Of a stretch of DNA of 64,000 bases, positions 39,188 to 46,356 are shown piece by piece. The stretch comes from Campylobacteraceae bacterium (GTDB lineage Bacteria; Campylobacterota; Campylobacteria; Campylobacterales; Arcobacteraceae), in NCBI GenBank assembly GCA_018662405.1, contig JABJGE010000042.1, positions 2,108 through 66,107 on the forward strand, given 5' to 3'. A program made the position numbers and the translations under genes. Each line of letters begins with the position of its first letter. Position 1 is the first letter of the stretch. A model generated the notes under the pieces. That model did no database searches. It saw only the letters and a program-made list of their open reading frames with translations, and was not told where the DNA came from.

Positions 39188-40541
39188 TGATTATTCCTAG
39201 TGTTTTTCTTGAAAATGCTCTATAAGTTTCATTTTCTGCTATTAATGATTTAAGACTATTATCTAGTTGTAATTGCATTAAAATATGTATTGGTGTTGCT
39301 ATATTTGTACTTAACGCTGTGTTAATATTAAAGTCATTTTTTAAATATAGTTTTTCTATTATTTCATTTGGTATTTGTATATTATATCCCAAAGATATAT
39401 CTACATCTAAATCATTTAAATTTAATAATTCTTGATATATTTTTGCATTAAGTGATTCATTGTGAGCTATTGTAATATTATATATTTTATTATTTAGATT
39501 TAAAAATTTAGAAATTTGTTTACTTGGGCATTGATTATTTTTCAATAAATTTATATTTGAATTTTCTACATCAAATTCAAAAAGCTTATTTATCATAGTT
39601 TGGTTTAGTGAATTATTTGATGATAAATATACAATATCAATATCTTGATTTAATATCTTAATAATAGTTTTAAAAATATCATCATCAAGAGTAGTATATT
39701 GTAGTATATTTTGTGAATATTTATCATTTGAAATATATTTTTTAATATCATCAGTTGGTAAATTATTTGATTTTATTAATGCTAAAATTATTTGTTCATT
39801 TTCATTCTCTAATAGCTTATGTACAATAGTTTTAGAAATACTTGTATTTTGTGCTAAAAATATTAGTTCCCTTAAATTCCCATTTGTTAATATTTGCATT
39901 TGTACTATTTTAGAATTGTTTGGATTTAGAGCAACCACTTCTTTTAATGTTAGTGGTTGGTCTTCTTTTGCATTTTTATCACTAATTTTATAGTTTGGCA
40001 TATTATAAATTACATCAAGAAGCTTTTCTTCAGTTGTTTCAAGTGCTGTATAATATACTCCAATAGGAGAGTGTTGGATATTATGATTTGTCTTGGTTAG
40101 TGTACAAAATCTAGTTGTAATAGCAGTTGATACATCACGATTGTCATCAGTATCATAAATGTCTGTATTTTCCCAATCATAAAATTTTAATAGTTTTATA
40201 AATGTTTCATTTGTAAAGTAGTGATTGTTTAAAAGCTTAATAAGCCTTTCTTTGTCTTTAGACATTTTAATAGCAATAATAACAGAATCACTATCTAAAT
40301 TAGCAGAAAACTGATGCTCTAATGTTTCAATTGAAACCACTTCAATACCATCTTTTGATAATGCATATATTTTATCTTCTAAATGTATTGGAGTAAACTT
40401 ACCTTCAATAATGATATCCGCTTCATCTAATGTTTCAACCATAGTAGCACTATTTTGTAAAAAGTATGTTTCTAACTCTTCTTTATCAATCTTGTCTCCA
40501 CGACCCATAAAACAAATTTTTTTATTATTCATATTTAACAT
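39174..40541 (-). CDS. BRCT-like N-terminal domain protein with leucine-rich-variant (LRV/HEAT-like) repeats
   Basis: About 455 aa from ATG 40541 (or 40532). KICFMGRGDKIDKEELETYF...EADIIIEG...LSKDGIEVVSIETLEHQF resembles BRCT. The C-terminal half repeats A/LxxNxS-type motifs (ALNPNNS, LAQNTSIS, LSSNNSLN, IAHNESLN, LSTNIATP, IAENETY). Confidence 0.5.
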   Translation of the reverse strand: MLNMNNKKICFMGRGDKIDKEELETYFLQNSATMVETLDEADIIIEGKFTPIHLEDKIYALSKDGIEVVSIETLEHQFSANLDSDSVIIAIKMSKDKERLIKLLNNHYFTNETFIKLLKFYDWENTDIYDTDDNRDVSTAITTRFCTLTKTNHNIQHSPIGVYYTALETTEEKLLDVIYNMPNYKISDKNAKEDQPLTLKEVVALNPNNSKIVQMQILTNGNLRELIFLAQNTSISKTIVHKLLENENEQIILALIKSNNLPTDDIKKYISNDKYSQNILQYTTLDDDIFKTIIKILNQDIDIVYLSSNNSLNQTMINKLFEFDVENSNINLLKNNQCPSKQISKFLNLNNKIYNITIAHNESLNAKIYQELLNLNDLDVDISLGYNIQIPNEIIEKLYLKNDFNINTALSTNIATPIHILMQLQLDNSLKSLIAENETYRAFSRKTLGIINEFN

Positions 40542-40575
40542 AAAAAGATAATATCTAATGTTTTTTAAATATATG

Positions 40576-42729
40576 TTAACTTGGTGAATTAAATTTAATT
40601 GTAAATATAGCACCTCTATTAGTATTTGATGCTTCTAATGATGCATTAAACTTTTCAATAATTTTATAAGACATGTATAGACCTATTCCTGTACCAGCAG
40701 ATTTAAACTTTGTAGTGAAATAAGGATCAAATATTTTAGGTAATATATCATCTGATATTCCTCCTCCATTATCTTCTATAGTAAGTATATTTTGATTATT
40801 TATCGTTTTAGTAGATATGAATACTTCTCTATTTTCTATATGCTGTTCTATAAAATTGTCATTTGCATTTTGTAATATTGTAATTAATACTTGATTTAAA
40901 TAACCTATATTTCCAGATACCTCAAAGTCTGAATATATATTTAGATTAATATTTATTTTGTATTTTCTAGAATTAAATTTAAAAATATTTAATGTCATAT
41001 TTAAGACTTTAGATATTAATAATATATCAGAGTGATTATTGGTATTATTAAATGATGAAAAATCAGAAATTGTATTATTTAAATAATTTGTGTTTGTGAT
41101 AATTTGATCTAACATATCTAGAATTTCGTTTTTATTTATACTAGCAGTATTTTGTACTTGAAATATTGATTCTAACGAGCTAGTAAGTAATAATATTACA
41201 CTTAAAGGTTGTCTATATTGATGAGTAATGTTTTCCATCATTTCACCAATAATTGCTTGCCTATATTGAATATGTATTAATTTATCTTTCTCTTTTATAT
41301 CTTCAAATTGTTTTACAACTTGATTTGCAAGATCATTTTGTAATTTCTTTAGCTCAGTAATGTCTGTTTGAAATCCAACCATCCTAATTGGCTTATTATT
41401 TGAGTCAAATTGAGCTTTTCCTCTATTTAAAATCCATACCCAATTTCCATTCTTATGTAGTAATCTGTAGACACATTCAAATATATCAGTTTTGCCATTA
41501 ATATGATCTCTAAGTTTGCCTTTAGCATTTTTCCTATCTTTATATGGAATTCTTGATGTCCATTCACTAAAATGATTTTTAATTTCATAATCTTTATATC
41601 CAATCATATATTTCCATCTTGGCGAATAGAATATTTCATTTGTCTTTAGATCCCAGTCCCAAAGGCCATCACTTGAACCTTCAATTGCGAGTTGAAATCT
41701 TGATTCTTCTTCGAAAGCTATATTTTGAAAATATATGTTAGATATATATTGTCTATACAATAAAAATAATATTAGTATAATAACAAAAGTTGAAATAGAT
41801 ACTTTAAAATAAAAATCATTTTTGAAAATTTCAATGGATTTAGCTTCTTGATGTGCTACATATAATGCTTGAATATTATTTTTAATATTTCTAATAACAA
41901 TAAATGTTACAGCATCTTTAACTTTATGATCATATATACTAAATGAATCAACATTAGATTTTAGTCTTTTTTTAACATCAAACTTAAATTCATTGTTGTT
42001 ATGTTTTAGTTGATGTCTAGTGATACCAATATCTAATTTTGTTCTCGTATCATAGTAATAATCTTTAAAAAATAGATGTTGTTCAAAATATTTTTTATTA
42101 TCTTTGGATAATGTATTATCTATTGAACTTTTTTTAGCCAAGTAAGCAATATCTGTTTTTAATGTATGATTTAAATTATTGATCATATCATTTAATCTAA
42201 TAGATAATTCAACACATCCTAAATATTCATTATTTTTATCAAATAGCGGAAATATATATCTCATCGCATTTGCATATACGCCTTGCTCATAGCCTTTAAA
42301 TGATTTTTTATTTTTATTTACGTAATCTATAGTATGCCGTATATTATTTAAATTATCACCAAACTTTTTTGGATTATGAAATCTTAAAAATGATGTTGAA
42401 TCTGGAAGATGAAAATGAAGAATGTTTAAATTATCTTTTTTGAGAATTTTATATGATTCTGTAAGATATTTATATAATGTATCTCTATTTTTATTTTTAA
42501 ATAATTTTTTAACTTCAGACGTATTAATATAAGCATTAAAATAACCTAAGGCTAATGCTTCTTTTGAAGCTAATAATATTCTATATTGATCTTTAATATT
42601 ATGAGTAGAATGTTCTAAATAGTTTTCTATATTTTGGTTTTTTAAAATATTAAAATAGTTAAAATTTATAAAAGATAAAACTAAAAAGATAATTATAGTA
42701 AGTGTTAATATATTACTTTTATTATTGAT
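40576..42729 (-). CDS. orphan sensor histidine kinase: TM, Cache-like domain, TM, PAS, HisKA, HATPase
   Basis: PAS (GLWDWDLKTNEIFYSPRW...), H-box ITHQYRQPLSV, and G-boxes DNGGGI and GTGIGL. The track ORF starts at ATG 42264, but the frame is open to 42738. That upstream segment encodes a TM plus a Cache-like sensor behind AGGA-N5-ATC (42727-42729). Confidence 0.7.
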   Translation of the reverse strand: MNNKSNILTLTIIIFLVLSFINFNYFNILKNQNIENYLEHSTHNIKDQYRILLASKEALALGYFNAYINTSEVKKLFKNKNRDTLYKYLTESYKILKKDNLNILHFHLPDSTSFLRFHNPKKFGDNLNNIRHTIDYVNKNKKSFKGYEQGVYANAMRYIFPLFDKNNEYLGCVELSIRLNDMINNLNHTLKTDIAYLAKKSSIDNTLSKDNKKYFEQHLFFKDYYYDTRTKLDIGITRHQLKHNNNEFKFDVKKRLKSNVDSFSIYDHKVKDAVTFIVIRNIKNNIQALYVAHQEAKSIEIFKNDFYFKVSISTFVIILILFLLYRQYISNIYFQNIAFEEESRFQLAIEGSSDGLWDWDLKTNEIFYSPRWKYMIGYKDYEIKNHFSEWTSRIPYKDRKNAKGKLRDHINGKTDIFECVYRLLHKNGNWVWILNRGKAQFDSNNKPIRMVGFQTDITELKKLQNDLANQVVKQFEDIKEKDKLIHIQYRQAIIGEMMENITHQYRQPLSVILLLTSSLESIFQVQNTASINKNEILDMLDQIITNTNYLNNTISDFSSFNNTNNHSDILLISKVLNMTLNIFKFNSRKYKININLNIYSDFEVSGNIGYLNQVLITILQNANDNFIEQHIENREVFISTKTINNQNILTIEDNGGGISDDILPKIFDPYFTTKFKSAGTGIGLYMSYKIIEKFNASLEASNTNRGAIFTIKFNSPS

Positions 42730-42828
42730 ACTTATCCTTTATTCTAAAATAATTATGTGAAATATTATATACCAAATAAACTTGAAAACATATCTAGATA
42801 ATTAAGTTATATTTGATACAATATAATC

Positions 42829-43341
42829 ATGAAAACATTATTATTAATAGCCATATTACTGAATGGGGCACTAGCTTCTAATTTGGTTGACTCAATTTCA
42901 ATGACAATTGGAAAGAGTAAGGAAGGTCATTCTTCTTCTAAAATTTCTTTACAACACAATTTTGATAGTATACTTTATACAACTGATTCTGGATATATTG
43001 ATGGTTTTTATGAACTTTCTTTTAGTAATTGGGGTACTTCAAATAATGTGAAAGTTGTATCATTTTCTCCTGTATTAATGTATAGTTTTGATACTGACTT
43101 TAAAAATATAACACCGTATATTCAATTTGGAATAGGTGGATGCTATCTTGCAGATTCTGTGGTTGGAGGAAAAGATGTATCTACACATTTTCAATTTGAA
43201 GATAGGATAGGTATTGGATTTAAAACAGAAGACTATAGGATTGATCTAAATTTTTTTCATTACTCGAATGCTGATATTGAAAAGCCAAATCCTGGTGTAG
43301 ATTTTTATATGTTAACATTTGTATATCCATTAGACTATTAA
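42829..43341 (+). CDS. lipid A deacylase-like acyloxyacyl hydrolase (PagL family OM protein)
   Basis: 170 aa. Signal peptide, small beta-barrel, and the HYSNA (His-x-Ser-Asn) catalytic motif. Confidence 0.65.
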   Translation: MKTLLLIAILLNGALASNLVDSISMTIGKSKEGHSSSKISLQHNFDSILYTTDSGYIDGFYELSFSNWGTSNNVKVVSFSPVLMYSFDTDFKNITPYIQFGIGGCYLADSVVGGKDVSTHFQFEDRIGIGFKTEDYRIDLNFFHYSNADIEKPNPGVDFYMLTFVYPLDY

Positions 43342-43499
43342 ATATAATATTAGAAGAAGGACTTAATATTAAAAAGCAAAATAATGAAAAATCAAAAGAT
43401 GATTTACTAAAAGAATATTTTGAGAATTTAAATAAACAAGATGAACCAGAACCAAAAAAAGAACCAGTAAGGATTAGGAATATTATTTTTCCTAATGTT

Positions 43500-43697
43500 A
43501 TGATGATGAATAAAAAACAATTTATAATAGCTTTTGGAACAATATTAGTTATTTGTATTTTATTATTGATCTTTGTTGATACTGATTCTGCAATCCCTGA
43601 GTTTGATAAATATCATGAAGATAATAAGCATTTAATTGAAAGAAGTGATTTTTATGATGATGGTGCTAGTCTGAAAAAAGATAGTAAAGAAGAATAA
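43500..43697 (+). CDS. small signal-anchored protein, unknown function
   Basis: 65 aa. MMMNKKQFIIAFGTILVICILLLIF anchor followed by an acidic tail. Confidence 0.4.
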   Translation: MMMNKKQFIIAFGTILVICILLLIFVDTDSAIPEFDKYHEDNKHLIERSDFYDDGASLKKDSKEE

Positions 43698-43734
43698 TTA
43701 ATATTTTCTAATACTTTCTTTTCATAGTAGTTAA

Positions 43735-44142
43735 TTAATCAGTAAGAAATTTTTCTTGAAACTCTTTTAAACTATAAAGTGTTGGTTCTACTGAATGTTC
43801 TGAATTTATTATAATGGTATTAGTATCTGATGCACTTATAGAATGTGCGTATTTACCTTTGTGTTTGTGAACAGACTGCATGGAACAATGAAGAAATTCT
43901 TCTTTTGATAACTCTTGTTTAATGATGTCTAACTCTTCTTGTTCTATAGCTGATTCGTTTGCGATACATTCTTGTTTATCAAATGGTTTTATTAACTTGA
44001 ATATAATATCCATCTCCATCGTTTCTTTATTTTTTACTTTGCCAGATACAATCACAAAATCATCCATAGTGTCATTTTCATAATCATCTTGAGTTAAAGC
44101 ACCTCTACCATAGTATATTGTTAATAGTTCCCATTTACTCAT
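43735..44142 (-). CDS. hypothetical acidic cytoplasmic protein
   Basis: 135-aa ORF with no recognisable motif. Confidence 0.4.
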   Translation of the reverse strand: MSKWELLTIYYGRGALTQDDYENDTMDDFVIVSGKVKNKETMEMDIIFKLIKPFDKQECIANESAIEQEELDIIKQELSKEEFLHCSMQSVHKHKGKYAHSISASDTNTIIINSEHSVEPTLYSLKEFQEKFLTD

Positions 44143-44268
44143 ATTTTAACCTTTTTAAATTTCATAATTGTATCTTATTGTCAATTATACTTTTCAATTT
44201 CTAAGTAGGTTTATTTTGCTAGATAGATAAATATCTTTAATTAAAGGATAAAAAAGAGATAATATTTA

Positions 44269-44676
44269 ATGGAAAAAATTATACTAATATCTTTATTGCT
44301 AGTATTAACACTAAATGCAAATAGCTTTAAAAAAATAAAAGAGTTTGAGAATATACAAAAAAATAAAAAAGTTTTTGTGATCTTATCTATGGAGTATTGT
44401 GGATGGTGTAAAAAACAAAAAAATGAAGTAAATAAATATATAGTAAATAAATATGATTATATGGAATATATAATTATTGATAAAAGTTCTAATGCTTTTA
44501 GAAAATTGGTTTCTACTGGTAAGTTTGATACTAGATTTTTCCCTTCAAGTTCGATAATAATCATAGATGATAAAAATGAAGTTAATGATATATTTGAGTT
44601 TGTAGGTTATCAATCAGCTGATAATATAATAGAAATATTAAATGATAAAGAGATAATGGAAATATATGATAATTGA
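44269..44676 (+). CDS. periplasmic thioredoxin-fold protein
   Basis: 135 aa. Signal peptide and CGWC redox motif. Confidence 0.65.
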   Translation: MEKIILISLLLVLTLNANSFKKIKEFENIQKNKKVFVILSMEYCGWCKKQKNEVNKYIVNKYDYMEYIIIDKSSNAFRKLVSTGKFDTRFFPSSSIIIIDDKNEVNDIFEFVGYQSADNIIEILNDKEIMEIYDN

Positions 44677-44735
44677 GAAATACATTTATTGTGTAAAGAT
44701 TAATTTGCAGTGATGGTTTACCCATCTACTACAGT

Positions 44736-44876
44736 TTATTTAAAAGATAAAAATTCTTTTGTAGATTGAATATCAAGTCCAGCTTTACTACAAGCTACTT
44801 CAATGTTTTCTTGATTATCTAGTAATCTTAAAAGTACTTTTACTTTTTCTGTCTGTTTTATATTTATAATTGACAT
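44736..44876 (-). CDS. 46-aa helix-turn-helix-like protein (not in ORF track)
   Basis: ATG 44874-44876 behind an AAGGAAA SD. Product is MSIINIKQTEKVKVLLRLLDNQENIEVACSKAGLDIQSTKEFLSFK*. The ENIEVACSKAGLDIQST segment looks like an HTH. Confidence 0.35.
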   Translation of the reverse strand: MSIINIKQTEKVKVLLRLLDNQENIEVACSKAGLDIQSTKEFLSFK

Positions 44877-45040
44877 TTATTTTCCTTTGTTTAAATATGA
44901 ATTAAATCATTTAACAATAGTAAGATAACAAATTGACGGGTTCTAAAAATATTTAATTGTGCTTAGTGATAGGATATTAAGTCTAGTTAAAGTGATTAAA
45001 AAAGATTGTTGTTATGCAACCAAAAGATTGATTTAAAAGT

Positions 45041-45117
45041 TGGTTGCGGGAGATGGATTTGAACCATCGACCTACGGGTTATGAGCCCGTCGAGCTACCA
45101 TGCTGCTCTATCCCGCG
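45041..45117 (-). tRNA. initiator tRNA-fMet (CAT)
   Basis: CGCGGGATAGAGCAGCATGGTAGCTCGACGGGCTCATAACCCGTAGGTCGATGGTTCAAATCCATCTCCCGCAACCA. Has the C1:A72 mismatch, GGG/CCC in the anticodon stem, and an encoded CCA. Confidence 0.95.
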
Positions 45118-45145
45118 ATATAAAAATATTTTTGCACTTACACAA

Positions 45146-45220
45146 TGGATGGGGTACCAGGATTCGAACCTGGGAATGTCAGCACCAAAAGCTGATGCCT
45201 TACCGCTTGGCGATACCCCA
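45146..45220 (-). tRNA. tRNA-Gln (TTG)
   Basis: TGGGGTATCGCCAAGCGGTAAGGCATCAGCTTTTGGTGCTGACATTCCCAGGTTCGAATCCTGGTACCCCATCCA. Anticodon loop TTTTGGT. Confidence 0.93.
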
Positions 45221-45238
45221 ATGTGTTTGTGTGGCGGA

Positions 45239-45267
45239 ATTATAATAGAAATTTAACATAATGTCAA
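45239..45267 (-). promoter_or_regulatory. perfect consensus promoter of the tRNA-Gln/tRNA-fMet operon
   Basis: The minus strand reads TTGACA (45262-45267), a 17-nt spacer, TATAAT (45239-45244), then the GC-rich discriminator TCCGCC. Confidence 0.65.
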
Positions 45268-45305
45268 GAGTAAATGGGTATAATTTTCAAAATTTAACAT
45301 AAAGA

Positions 45306-46343
45306 GTGAATATGTCGGCAATTCAAAGAGTAAAAAATGCAATTGAAGAGATCAAAAAAGGTAACATGGTTATCATGCTTGATGATGAAGATAGAGAAAA
45401 TGAGGGTGATTTAGTATATGCAGCTACATTTAGTGATGCAGCTAAAGTAAACTTCATGGCTACTCATGCAAAAGGTTTAATTTGCGTATCAGTTACAAAA
45501 GATACTGCAAATAGATTAGAATTAAATCCAATGGTTAGTTCAAATACATCATCTTATGAAACTGCATTTACAGTTTCTGTAGATTGTGCAAAAGCTAGTA
45601 CGGGTATCTCTGCTCAAGAAAGAGATGATACTATTAGAATCTTAGCAAACCCAGTAAGTAAAGAAGTTGAGTTAGTAAAGCCAGGACATATTTTTCCATT
45701 AATTGCTAAAGATGGTGGAGTATTAGTAAGAACTGGACATACAGAAGGTTCAGTAGATCTTTGTAAATTAGCTGGAATAAAAGAAGAAGCTGTAATTTGT
45801 GAAATCATGAAAGAAGATGGAACAATGGCTAGAAGAGATGATCTTGATATTTTTGCCGATAAGCATGATATGGTACAAGTATATATTTCAGATTTAGTAG
45901 AATATAGATTAGCTCATGAATCATTAGTAACTGAAATAAGTGATGAAGAAATTAGTTTCTTTGGAACAAATGCAAGAAAAAGAGTATTTCAAGATCACTT
46001 AGAAAACCAACATACTACAATTGAATTTAATGAATTAGGATCTACAGAGAATGTAAAATTCCATACAGTTGCTGCTGATATAAATTTATTTTTAAATGAT
46101 AGTAAATTATCAAATATGATGGAAAGTATCCATTATTTACAAGAAAATGGTGGAGTACTAATTTTCTTAGATCAAAATCTTGAAGCAAATAATATAATGA
46201 AAGACTTTGGTATTGGAGCACAGATTTTAAATAAATTAAATATTTCAAATATTAATCTTCTTACAAGTGGATCAGGGGCTCATTCTTTTGTAGGTATTCA
46301 TGGATTTGGATTAACTATTGATAAAGAGATTGTAATAGATTAA
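45306..46343 (+). CDS. ribBA: 3,4-dihydroxy-2-butanone-4-phosphate synthase fused to a degenerate GTP cyclohydrolase II-like domain
   Basis: 345 aa. RibB motifs DDEDRENEGDL and RTGHTEGSVDL. The C-terminal about 140 aa contain no Cys. Confidence 0.85.
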   Translation: MNMSAIQRVKNAIEEIKKGNMVIMLDDEDRENEGDLVYAATFSDAAKVNFMATHAKGLICVSVTKDTANRLELNPMVSSNTSSYETAFTVSVDCAKASTGISAQERDDTIRILANPVSKEVELVKPGHIFPLIAKDGGVLVRTGHTEGSVDLCKLAGIKEEAVICEIMKEDGTMARRDDLDIFADKHDMVQVYISDLVEYRLAHESLVTEISDEEISFFGTNARKRVFQDHLENQHTTIEFNELGSTENVKFHTVAADINLFLNDSKLSNMMESIHYLQENGGVLIFLDQNLEANNIMKDFGIGAQILNKLNISNINLLTSGSGAHSFVGIHGFGLTIDKEIVID

Positions 46344-46356
46344 TTTCTAACTACAT

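Noticed and set aside
40542-40613. N-terminal extension of the BRCT-like ORF (MLYLQLNLIHQ...)
   Set aside because: It overlaps the last codons of the upstream kinase. The BRCT-like fold begins right after the internal Met codons at 40541 and 40532.
45016-45047. Possible att site or duplication of the tRNA-fMet 3' end marking an integrated element
   Set aside because: The match (gcaaccaa versus ttggttgc) is an inverted repeat, not a direct one. It is only 8 nt and is better explained as a weak hairpin after the tRNA. I found no direct repeat of the tRNA 3' end in 43300-45040.
45044-45256. 70-aa plus-strand ORF in the track
   Set aside because: It lies entirely antisense over tRNA-fMet and tRNA-Gln. 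Its GC-rich open frame is a by-product of the tRNA sequences.
45221-45305. Possible FMN riboswitch upstream of ribBA
   Set aside because: The spacer is only about 85 nt and is largely occupied by the divergent tRNA promoter. It has none of the conserved FMN-element helices or G-rich junctions.
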